Source: Octopus sinensis (taxonomy: Eukaryota). Taken from it: a stretch of DNA of 64,000 nt. Of the stretch, positions 26,474-38,600 are shown piece after piece. The DNA is taken from contig NW_021833586.1 in assembly GCF_006345805.1 (NCBI RefSeq), positions 1 to 64,000 of the forward strand, given 5' to 3'. The position numbers were made by a program, and so were the translations under genes. Position 1 is the stretch's first letter; every line of letters starts with the position of its first letter. Below the pieces are notes generated by a model. The model was given only the letters and a program-made list of their open reading frames with translations, did no database searches and had not been told where the DNA came from.

Positions 26474-26686
26474 CAAAAGCAGCAACAACAACATCAACAA
26501 CAGGTTCAGCACCATTGTCCATACCATGAACAGCTACAGGACCAACGGCAACAGCAGGAGAGTCGCCCCCATCGACACCAGAAAGAAGATAAACAACAAC
26601 AACCTACGAACCATCAACAAAACCGTCAGAATCATCATTATTATCAACATCGAGAGCAGTTAAATTATCACCAACAACAACACTAA
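26474..26686 (+). other. Orphaned, in-frame-compatible C-terminal coding segment of the Hox gene
   Basis: Reads [70 protein letters not shown]. It is a diverged duplicate of ~25918-26090. Confidence 0.7.
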
Positions 26687-27079
26687 CAACAGCAAAAACA
26701 ACATCATCGAGAGCAAAATAATGTCCATGTGTGCGTAATTCAAGTGTATGTAATAAACGAGATGCGGGAATTCACTCCCATTAAACCTGTATATTTTATC
26801 TTTTCTTTTACTTCTTTCAGGACTAACGGCCATGTTGGGGTACCACCTTGAAGACTTTTTAGTCGAATGAATCAATCCCAGTACCTTTTTAAAGTCTGGT
26901 ACTTATTCATCACAAACGATGAGCTTCTTTCAGTTTCCGCCTAACATATCCAATCATAAGTCTTTTGGTCGGCCCCAGGCTATAATAAAACAGACTTTCC
27001 CAAGTGCCACGCATTAGGCTGAACCCGTAACTATATTGCATAAATGCATGTATAAATACGTATATGCATCTATCTATCC

Positions 27080-27156
<77 letters not shown>

Positions 27157-28411
27157 ACTACCTACCTATCTATCTATGACACGTATATTATATTACTCTC
27201 TACTCTTTACTCTTTTACTTGTTTAAGTCATTTGACTGCGGCCATGCTGGAGCACCGCCTTTAGTCGAGCAAATCGACCCCGGGACTTATTCTTTGTAAG
27301 CCCAGTACTTATTCTATCGGTCTCTTTTTGCCGAGCCGCTAAGTGACGGGGATGTAAACACACCAGCATCGGTTGTCAAGCAATGCTAGAGGGATAAACA
27401 CACACACACAAACACATACATATATATATATACATATATACGACAGGCTTCTTTCAGTTTCCGTCTACCAAATTCACTCACAAGGCATTGATCGGCCCGG
27501 GGCTATAGCAGAAAACATTTGCCCAAGGTGCCATGCAGTGGGACTGAACCCGGAACGATGTGGTTGGTTAGCAAGCTACTTACCACACAGCCACTCCTGC
27601 GCCTATTAATGCATATATGTATAGTAACTTGTCTCACTATGTTCGCAGTTTTAGTAGCTGATAAACTGAACTATTATATATGAACTCCATCATGCACACA
27701 CGCGCACACGCACACACACAGTGCGTTTGTTGTTATCTTCTATGTCCTTCCTGTTGGGGCGTTAATTCTGGGCACCGGTGTGTAGTAATAATAAATGGAA
27801 TTTACCTGAAGCTTCCGAATGAGAGAGCGAGCCTACGTAAACAAAATTACAACAAAACAATAATGTCAGACTGAATGAGTAATAGAAAGTATGATAGGCG
27901 GGGGGGGGGAGATGAAGTGAGTAAGACAATGAGAAAGTGAATGATACAGGGACCACGTGGTTAATCGATAGAGCTCCTGAAGAGACATTTTTTTTTGGTT
28001 CTTTGTTTTCTAAGTGTTATCGCAATAACGAGAGTGCACTCGGTCACTGTTACCTAATGATCATAGGATCACTTTACAATATTGGCAGCAAGGCTAAGTG
28101 GACAGAAATTGATTATATCACATGCTGTGTGACGTAATGTATAATTAATTATAACGACACGCATATGTTTGCACGTATGTATGTATGTATGTATGTATGT
28201 ATGTATGTATGGAGGCTTTATGGCCTGTGAAAGGATGAAAGGCCAAAGATGAACATAAGTGCATGAATGTATTTGAAACCCAAGAGCGTGAAGCATGAAG
28301 CTAAATACTGCAATACATTTAGTTTAGCTTCAGTTTATTATTGCATATATATACATACATACATACATATATACACATGTATTAATGTATACATATATAT
28401 TATATAATATA

Positions 28412-28470
<59 letters not shown>

Positions 28471-29781
28471 ACAGGACCCGCAGGAGTGACTGTGTGGTTA
28501 GTTAGTAGCTTGCTAACCAACAACATGGTTCCGGGTTCAGTTCCATTGCGTGGCATCTTGGGCCAGTGTCTTCTGCCTTGTGAGTGGATTTGGTAGACGG
28601 AAACTGAAAGAAGCCTGTCGTATATATGAATATATATATATGTGTGTGTGTGTGTTTGTGTGTCTGTGTTTGTCACCCCTAGCATTGCTTGACAACCGAT
28701 GCTGGTGTGTTTACCTCCCGGTCACTTAGCGGTTCGGCAAAAGAGACCGATAGAATAAGTACTGGGCTTACAAAGAATAAGTCCTGGGGTCGATTTGCTC
28801 GACTAAAGGCGGTGCTCCAGCATGGCCGCAGTCAAAATAACTGAAACAAGTAAAAGAGTAAAGTGTAAAAAGTATATATATATATAAGTATATATATACG
28901 TGTTTGTGTATATATATATCTACGTATATATGTATCGTAGTAATAGTTCGATCACTGTATTCGCTATATAGTTTATATTGATCTTATGCAGCAAATGTTA
29001 AGAGCACTAGATAAACTTGATTTACTGTATATCACAGCTTTCATCTACATATCTACATAAATCTAACTAAGTTACTTAGCGGTTCGGCAAAAGAGACCGA
29101 TAAAATAAGTACTGGGCTTACAAAAGAATAAGTCCCGGGGTCGACTTGCTCGATTAAAGGTGGTGCTCCAGCATGGCCGCAGTCAAATGACTGAAACAAG
29201 TAAAAGAAAAAATATATATATATAAATGAATATTCACCTGTCACAGGTACTAATCCAACTGTCTAATATATCTTTGTTTATGAGTATATGCCTAAATAAT
29301 TGTGCGTGAGTGCTAAATATATATATATATATATACAGGATTGAAATTCGAGCTGCTGTTAGTTTCATACTGTAGAACCACAATGGTTGCACAAGCATAT
29401 CCAGCAGGCCGTTTGTTTCCAAGCAATCTTTGAGACTCAAATGCATAACATAGCTGGTATTTGAGAAAGAAAACGTGTAAAACCAGCGTCGTTTTTTTCT
29501 GCTTTTTTTGTTTTGTTTTAGAGACTAGTCATGTTGTATATTTAAACGGCCAAAATTGCTTGGAATCATACGGGGCAAAGCATAAGAGCTTTTCCGGTCA
29601 TCGTTGTTTCACAGCATGATACTAACACTGGTTTGAACTTAAATCCTGTGTGAAATAAACAATATTAATCTCTCACGCGATGGAGTGCTCGTTTGTTGAT
29701 CCCGCGAATAGCGGAATAGAGCATCATATACATAGATACCCATACATATACATACATGCACACACACACACACACACACAC

Positions 29782-29817
<36 letters not shown>

Positions 29818-29904
29818 ATGTAGGATAAAATTTTTTTCGAAAAAACATTTTATCAATGGCCAGCATATCAAAAAATACTTTTAAAGGTTAAATTTATAAA
29901 TAAC

Positions 29905-30307
29905 ATATAAAATAAGGGCAAAAGAAAAATTATAATGCCAAATATGCCGAAAAAGACAAAATTGTCAATAACCATTATAATTTAAGCGTCTCGAAATAAG
30001 CCGACAGAAATTTCTTTAAAAATCCGTTAATACCGTATTGGTCTCAATTTCGGGGTTAATTCATCTGCTCAGGACTTAGTGCTTGCTTTTTCCATGGGTA
30101 TGAGTAAGTATTTCATTTATGTCTTACGTATTTATCACTGAGGAGGGGAAAATTCTTATGAATTAACCCCGAAATTGGGACCAATACGGTAATAACGGAT
30201 TTTTTTAGAAATTTCTGTCGGCTTGTTTCGAGACGCTTAAATTATAATGGTTATTGACAATTTTGTCTTTTTCGGCATATTTGGCACTAGAATTTTTCTT
30301 TCGTCCT

Positions 30308-30317
<10 letters not shown>
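29905..30317 (+). mobile_element. Fold-back Penelope-like pseudo-LTR element
   Basis: Inverted arms 29905-30064 and 30158-30317 with a hammerhead motif at 30132-30192. (TA)n follows. Confidence 0.7.
30132..30192 (+). ncRNA. Type I hammerhead ribozyme
   Basis: TTATCA-CTGAGGA-GGGG(AAAATTCTTATGAATTAA)CCCC-GAAA-TTGGGACCAAT-A-CGGTAA. The core is intact and the cleavage triplet is AUA (A30186). Helix I has an A.C mismatch at its base. Confidence 0.75.
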
Positions 30318-30354
<37 letters not shown>

Positions 30355-30844
30355 ATATAATATATACAAAGGGCGGAGGAACTCTTGAGAGTCAACGGCC
30401 ATCCAATAAATGTCTTAAGGCTGTATCATGCGAAGGAACAAAGAAATAATCGGACTGTATACTTGATCGCGCGGTTAAACCATTGGGAGTGAAGGACTCC
30501 TAGCCTTTGTTAGGGCATCCTTCTAGGAGAAGGTAACTCGGGAAACTGGGATAACTCCGGCATAAAACCTGCGGCTCAGTGGTTACCGATGATGTTGATT
30601 TGTTCTTCTTTTCGGATTATGGCTGCTGTTGCTTAGTGAGTGGGATTGGCTCAGTGCACAGCCTTCCTTCACTTTAAAAAAAATCTTGTACAGGCATTGC
30701 ACGATAACAACATTGATTAAGCTTTGTGCAATGGCCATACTCGATAACGAGGAGGCAGCCACCATATATATATAGAGAGAGAGAAAGAGAGATGTACTTG
30801 CATAGCAAGTGATTTGATCTGAGATCGTGTGCTGGAACGAAAAT

Positions 30845-30970
30845 AATTGCAGCGTGGAAGGTGTTTGTAAGCCATATAAGAAGCACACAAAAGCCGTTCG
30901 ATTCAGTTCAACATTTAAGTTTAATTTGACAAATTAAACCTAAATGATAAAGTGAATCGAACGGCTTTGT
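30845..30970 (-). mobile_element. Truncated fold-back copy of the 42.7-42.9 kb hammerhead-bearing repeat
   Basis: 30848-30933 aligns with 42740-42823. A hairpin follows: 30887-30927 / 30931-30970 with loop GAC. Confidence 0.75.
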
Positions 30971-31370
30971 ACGATTTCTCTATAAGTGTGTTTACAAGGG
31001 GATCCTCAGAGAAGAGAATATGGAAGAGTTCAGAGTTGCAAATGTTACAGAATCTCCTGCCCTTATCAAAAGGAAAGGATACAGACACCACCACGACCAC
31101 TTATTAAGTCAATCCCACTCACTAAGCACCACCACCACCATAGCTTAACAACTGATGTTGATGTGTTTACGTCCCCGTCACTTAGCAGTTCGGCAAAAGA
31201 GACCGATAGAATTAGTAGTAGGCTCACAAAAGATTAAGTTCTGGGGTCGATTTCTTCGACAGAAACCCTTTAACGCAGTGCTCCAGCATGGCCGCAGTCT
31301 AATGACCGAAACAAATAAAAGCCTAAGAGCATAAAAGAACGTAAATATGTGTGCGGTGCTACCAACTCTT

Positions 31371-32282
31371 CCATGACCACCACCACAACAACAAACATTA
31401 CTACCACTATCACCACTACTATCTCAAACACCACCATCACGAGCACTACTACCATCAATACCATGACCACCACCACAACTACAACCATTACAACCACCGT
31501 CACCACTACCATCTCAAACACCACCACCACCAGCACTATTATCACCACTACCATAACCACCACCAGCACTACTACCATGACCACCACCACCACAACAACA
31601 ACCATTACCACCACTACTATCTCAAACAGCACCAGCACCAGCACTACTACAACCACTACCATGACCACCACCACAACTACAACCATCAGAACTACTATCT
31701 CAAACAGCACCACCACCAGCACTACTACAACCACTACCATGACCACCACCACAACTACAACCATCAGAACTACTATCTCAAACAGCACCACCACAGCACT
31801 TACAACCACTACATGACCACCACCACAACTACAACCATCAGAACTACTATCTCAAACAGCACCACCACCAGCACTACTACAACCCACTACCATGACCACC
31901 ACCCACAACTACAACCATCAGAACTACTATCTCAAACAGCACCACCACCAGCACTACTACAACCACTACCATGACCACCACCACAACTACAACCATCAGA
32001 ACTACTATCTCAAACAGCACCACCACCAGCACTACTACAACCACTACCAAGACCACCACCACAACTACAACCATCAGAACTACTATCTCAAACAGCACCA
32101 CCACCAGCACTACTACAACCACTACCATGACCACCACCACAACTACAACCATCAGAACTACTATCTCAAACAGCACCACCACCAGCACTACTACAACCAC
32201 TACCATGACCACCACCACAACTACAACCATCAGAACTACTATCTCAAACAACGCCACCACCACCACCCACAACAACAACAAA
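31371..32282. repeat. 78-bp ACC/ACT-rich minisatellite, about 11 units
   Basis: Unit ATGACCACCACCACAACTACAACCATCAGAACTACTATCTCAAACAGCACCACCACCAGCACTACTACAACCACTACC. Period 78 confirmed between 31971 and 32049. Confidence 0.9.
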
Positions 32283-32679
32283 AGCCTTCATTGTATTGCA
32301 GCAGGTAAAAGAGAAGGGATGTCAGAAATATCGAAGACCCACAATCCACCCCACCCAAAACCCACCCCACCCCACCCCAGCCCGACCCCAGCACCAGAGA
32401 TTCAGGTTTACGAAAGATCCTGTATTAAAATCTAAAGTGAAAACTCTTCTTCTTCCCGACATGTTGCTGCAATTTCACAATGCCTCTGCCATACTCACGC
32501 GCAGAACTCCTGGTTCCTAATTCTAGAGAAAATCGGTCGAATTAAATATATTTTGTTTTTGTTGTTGTTGTTGTTGTTGTCCAGCCCCCAAGAAAGCCTA
32601 ATCGAAGACATCCAGTCGTGACCAACCAACCTTTTATTCCGTGATCTTTATATAAAAATAACAGCCAAAAGAAGTGTTC

Positions 32680-35600
32680 GTTGGTTGGCTGGTTGGCTGG
32701 TTGGTCGGTTGGTGGGTGGGTCGGCAGAATGGCTGGAATGCCGTCTGTTTGGCTAGTTGGTTGGTTTGTCGGTTGGACGTGGAACGCCTGGTTGGCTGGT
32801 TTGTCATGTGTCGGCTGGTTGGCTGGTTTGTCGGTTGGTTGACTGGTTGGTTGGTCTGTCGGTTGGTTGACTGGTTGGCTGGTTTGTCGGTTGGTTGACT
32901 GGTTGGTTGGTCTGTCGGTTGGTTGCATGGTTGGCTGGTTTGTCGGTTGGTTGACTGGTTGGTTGGTCTGTCGGTTGGTTGAATGGTTGGCTGGTTTGTC
33001 GGTTGGTTGACTGGTTGGCTGGTTTGTCGGTTGGTTGACTGGTTGGTTGGTCTGTCGGTTGGTTGACTGGTTGGTTGGTCTGTCGGTTGGTTGACTGGTT
33101 GGCTGGTTTGTCGGTTGGTTGACTGGTTGGCTGGTTTGTCGGTTGGTTGACTGGTTGGTTGGTCTGTCGGTTGGTTGACTGGTTGGCTGGTTTGTCGGTT
33201 GGTTGCCTGGTTGGTTGGTCTGTCGGTTGGTTGACTGGTTGGCTGGTTTGTCGGTTGGTTGAATGGTTGGCTGGTTTGTCGGTTGGTTGACTGGTTGGCT
33301 GGTTTGTCGGTTGGTTGACTGGTTGGTTGGTCTGTCGGTTGGTTGACTGGTTGGCTGGTTTGTCGGTTGTTGACTGGTTGGTTGGTCTGTCGGTTGGTTG
33401 ACTGGTTGGTTGGTGTCGTCGGTTGGTTGACTGGTTGGCTGGTTTGTCGGTTGGTTGACTGGTTGGTTGGTCTGTCGGTTGGTTGACTGGTTGGCTGGTT
33501 TGTCGGTTGGTTGACTGGTTGGTTGGTCTGTCGGTTGGTTGACTGGTTGGCTGGTTTGTCGGTTGGTTGACTGGTTGGTTGGTCTGTCGGTTGGTTGACT
33601 GGTTGGTTGGTCTGTCGGTTGGTTGACTGGTTGGCTGGTTTGTCGGTTGGTCGTCGGCCGACTGGTTGGCTGGTTTGTCGGTTGGTTGAATGGTTGGTTG
33701 GTTTGTCGGTTGGTTGACTGGTTGGCTGGTTTGTCGGTTGGTTGACTGATTGGTTGGTCTGTCGGTTGGTTGACTGGTTGGCTGGTTTGTCGGTTGGTTG
33801 ACTGGTTGGTTGGTCTGTCGGTTGGTTGACTGGTCTGGTTGGTTGGTCTGTCGGTTGGTTGACTGGTTGGCTGGTTTGTCGGTTGGTTGACTGGTTGGTT
33901 GGTCTGTCGTTGGTTGACTGGTTGGTTGGTCTGTCGGTTGGGTTGACTGGTTGGCTGGTTTGTCGGTTGGTCGTCGGCCGACTGGTTGGCTGGTTTGTCG
34001 GTTGGTTGAATGGTTGGTTGGTTTGTCGGTTGGTTGACTGGTTGGTTGGTCTGTCGGTTGGTTGACTGGTTGGCTGGTTTGTCGGTTGGTTGACTGGTTG
34101 GTTGGTCTGTCGGTTGGTTGACTGGTTGGCTGGTTTGTCGGTTGGTTGACTGGTTGGTTGGTCTGTCGGTTGGTTGACTGGTTGGTTGGTCTGTCGGTTG
34201 GTTGACTGGTTGGCTGGTTTGTCGGTTGGTTGACTGGTTGGTTGGTCTGTCGGTTGGTTGACTGGTTGGTTGGTCTGTCGGTTGGTTGACTGGTTGGCTG
34301 GTTTGTCGGTTGGTTGAATGGTTGGTTGGTTTGTCGGTTGGTTGACTGGTTGGTTGGTCTGTCGGTTGGTTGACTGGTTGGCTGGTTTGTCGGTTGGTTG
34401 ACTGGTTGGTTGGTCTGTCGGTTGGTTGAATGGTTGGCTGGTTTGTCGGTTGGTTGACTGGTTGGCTGGTTTGTCGGTTGGTTGACTGGTTGGTTGGTCT
34501 GTCGGTGTGACTGGTTGGCTGGTTTGTCGGTTGGTTGACTGGTTGGTTGGTCTGTCGGTTGGTTGACTGGTTGCTTGGTCTGTCGGTTGGTTGACTGGTG
34601 GCTGGTTTGTCGGTTGGTCGTCGGCCGACTGGTTGGCTGGTTTGTCGGTTGGTTGAATGGTTGGTTGGTTTGTCGGTTGGTTGACTGGTTGGCTGGTTTG
34701 TCGGTTGTTTGGTTGACTGGTTGGGTTGGTTGGTCTGTCGGTTGGTTGACTGGTTGGCTGGTTTGTCGGTGGTTGACTGGTTGGTTGGTCTGTCGGTTGG
34801 TTGACTGGTGGCTGGTTTTGTCGGTTGGTTGACTGGTTGGCTGGTTTGTCGGTTGGTCGTCGGCCGACTGGTTGGCTGGTTTGTCGGTTGGTTGACTGGT
34901 TGGTTGGTTTGTCGGTTGGTTGACTGGTTGGCTGGTTTGTCGGTTGGTCGTCGGCCGACTGGTTGGCTGGTTTGTCGGTTGGTTGACTGGTTGGTTGGTT
35001 TGTCGGTTGGTTGACTGGTTGGTTGGTTTGTCGGTTGGTTGACTGGCTGGCTGGTTTGTCGGTTGGTCATCGGCCAACTGGTTGGCTGGTTTGTCGGTTG
35101 GACATATGTCAGCTGGTTGGTCGGTTGAATGGTTGGCTGGTTTGTCGGTTGGTCGTCGGTCGGCTAGTTGGTTGGTTTGTCGGTTGGACGTGGAACGCCT
35201 GGTTGGCTGGTTTGTCGGCTGGTTGGCTGGTTGGCTGGTTTGTCGGTTGGTTGACTGGTTGGTTGGTTTGTCGGTTGGTTGACTGGTTGGCTGGTTTGTC
35301 GGTTGGTTGACTGGTTGGCTGGTTTGTCGGTTGGTCGTCGGCCGACTGGTTGGCTGGTTTGTCGGTTGGTTGACTGGTTGGTTGGTCTGTCGGTTGGTTG
35401 ACTGGTTGGCTGGTTTGTCGGTTGGTTGACTGGTTGGCTGGTTTGTCGGTTGGTTGACTGGTTGGCTGGTTTGTCGGTTGGTTGACTGGTTGGTTGGTCT
35501 GTCGGTTGGTTGACTGGTTGGCTGGTTTGACGGTTGGTTGACTGGTTGGCTGGTTTGTCGGTTGGTCGTCAGCCGACTGGTTGGCTGGTTTGTCGGTTGG

Positions 35601-38600
35601 TTGACTGGTTGGTTGGTTGTCGGTTGTTGGTTGACTGGTTGGCTGGTTTGTCGGTTGGTCGTCGGCCGACGGTTGGCTGTTTGTCGGTTGGTTGACTGGT
35701 TGGTTGGTTTGTCGGTTGGTTGACTGGTTGGTTGGTTTGTCGGTTGGTTGACTGGCTGGCTGGTTTGTCGGTTGGTCATCGGCCAACTGGTTGGCTGGTT
35801 TGTCGGTTGGACATATGTCAGCTGGTTGGTCGGTTGAATGGTTGGCTGGTTTGTCGGTTGGTCGTCGGTCGGCTGGTTGGCTGGTTTGTCGGTTGGTTGA
35901 CTGGGTGGTTGGTTTGTCGGTTGGTTGACTGGCTGGCTGGTTTGTCGGTTGGTCATCGGCCAACTGGTTGGCTGGTTTGTCGGTTGGACATATGTCAGCT
36001 GGTTGGTTGGTTGAATGGTAGGCTGGTTTGTCGGTTGGTCGTCGGTCGGCTGGTTGGCTGGTTTGTCGGTTGGTTGACTGGTTGGTTGGTGGGTCGGTTG
36101 GTTGACTGGTTGGCTGGTTTGTCGGTTGGTTGACTGGTTGGTTGGTTTGTCGGTTGGTTGACTGGTTGGTTGGTTTGTCGGTTGGTTGACTGGCTGGCTG
36201 GTTTGTCGGTTGGTCATCGGCCAACTGGTTGGCTGGTTTGTCGGTTGGACATATGTCAGCTGGTTGGTCGGTTGAATGGTTGGCTGGTTTGTCGGTTGGT
36301 TGACTGGTTGGTTGGTGGGTCGGTTGGTTGACTGGTTGGCTGGTTTGTGGGTTGGTCGTCGGCCGGCTGGTTGGGTGGTTTGTCAGTTGGTTGACTGGTT
36401 GGTTGGTGGGTCGGTTGGTTGACTGGTTGGCTGGTTTGTCGGTTGGTTGACTGGTTGGTTGGTTTGTCGGTTGGTTGACTGGTTGGCTGGTTTGTCGGTT
36501 GGTCATCGGCCAACTGGTTGGCTGGTTTGTCGGTTGGACATATGTCAGCTGGTTGGTTGGTTGAATGGTTGGCTGGTTTGTCGGTTGGTCGTCGGTCGGC
36601 TGGTTGGCTGGTTTGTCGGTTGGTTGACTGGTTGGTTGGTGGGTCGGTTGGTTGACTGGTTGGCTGGTTTGTCGGTTGGTCGTCGGCCAACTGGTTGGCT
36701 GGTTTGTCGGTTGGTTGACTGGTTGGTTGGTTTGTCGGTTGGTTGACTGGTTGGTTGGTTTGTCGGTTGGTTGACTGGTTGGCTGGTTTGTCGGTTGGTC
36801 ATCGGCCAACTGGTTGGCTGGTTTGTCGGTTGGTCGTCGATCAGCTGGCTGGCTGGTTTGTCAGTTGGTTTACTGGTTGGTTAACTGGTTGGCTGGTTTG
36901 TCGGTTGGACATATGTCAGCTGGTTGGTTGGTTTGTCGGGGTTTTTACTGGTTGGTTGGTGGGTCAGTTTGTTGACAGGTTGGCTGGTTTGTCGGTTGGT
37001 CGTCGGTCGGCTGTTGGTTGGCTGGTTTGTCGGTTGGTTTACTGGTTGGTTGGTGGGTCGGTTGGTTTGACTGGTTGGCTGGTTTGTCAGTTGGACATAT
37101 GTCAGCTGGTTGGTTGGTTGTCGGGTTGTTTACTGGTTGGTTGGTGGGTCGGTTGGTTGACTGGTTGGCTGGTTTGTCGGTTGGTCGTCGTGGCGGGCTG
37201 GTTGGCTGGTTTGTCGGTGGTTTACTGGTTGGTTGGTGGGTCGGTTGGTTGACTGGTTGGGGATGTTTGTCGGTTGGACATATGTAAGCTGGTTGGTTAG
37301 TTTGTCGGTTGGTTGACTGGTTGGCTGGTTTGTCGGTTGGTCGTCGGTCGGCTGGTCGGCTGGTTTGTCGGTTAGTTTACTGGTTGGTTGGTGGGTCGGT
37401 TGGTTGGTGTGTCGGGTGGTTGACTGGTTGGTTGGTTTGTCGGTTGGACATATGTCAGCTGGTTGGTTGGGTTGTCGGTTGGTTGACTGGTTGGTTTGTT
37501 GGTCGGTTGGTTGACTGGTTGGCTGGTTTGTCGGTCGGATATTTGTCAGCTGGTTGGTTGGTTTGTCGGTTGGTTGACTGGTCGGCTGGTTTGTCGGTTT
37601 GTCGTCGATCAGCTGGCTGGCTGGTTTGTCAGTTGGTTTACTGGTTGGTTGACTGGTTGGCTGGTTTGTGGGTTGGACATATGTCAGCTGGTTGGTTGGT
37701 TTGTCGGTTGGTTTACTGGTTGGTTGGTGGGTCAGTTTGTTGACAGGTTGGCTGGTTTGTCGGTTGGTCGTCGGTCGGCTGGTTGGCTTGTTTGTCGGTG
37801 GTTTACTGGTTGGTTGGTGGGTCGGTTGGTTGACTGGTTGGCTGGTTTGTCGGTTGGTCGTCGGTCGGCTGGTTGGCTGGTTTGTCGGTTGGTTTACTGG
37901 TTGGTTGGTGGGTCGGTTGGTTGACTGGTTGGCTGGTTTGTCGGTTGGACATATGTAAGCTGGTTGGTTAGTTTGTCAGTTGGTTGACTGGTTGGCTGGT
38001 TTGTCGGTTGGTCGTCGGTCGGCTGGTCGGCTGGTTTGTCGGTTAGTTTACTGGTTGGTTGGTGGGTCGGTTGGTTGTCTGGTTGGCTGGTTTGTCGGGT
38101 TGTTTACTTGTTGGTTGGTCTGTCGGTTGGTTGACTGGTTGGCTGGTTTGTCGGTTGGACATATGTCAGCTGGTTGGTTGGTCTGTCGGTTGGTTGACTG
38201 GTTGGCTGGTTTGTCGGTTGGACATATGTCAGCTGGTTGGTTGGTTTGTCGGTTGGTTTACTGGTTGGTTGGTGGGTCAGTTTGTTGACTGGTTGGCTGG
38301 TTTGTCGGTTGGTCGTCGGTCGGCTGGTTGGCTGGTTTGTCGGTTGGTTTACTGGTTGGTTGGTGGGTCGGTTGGTTGACTGGTTGGCTGGTTTGTCGGT
38401 TGGACATATGTCAGCTGGTTGGTTGGTTTGTCGGTTGGTTTACTGGCTGGTTGGTGGGTCGGTTGGTTGACTGGTTGGCTGGTTTGTCGGTTGGTCGTCG
38501 GTCGGCTGGTTGGCTGGTTTGTCGGTTGGTTGGCTTGTTAGTCGGTTTGTCGTCGGCCGACTGGTTGGCTGGTTTGTCGGTTGGTTTACTGGTTGGTTGG

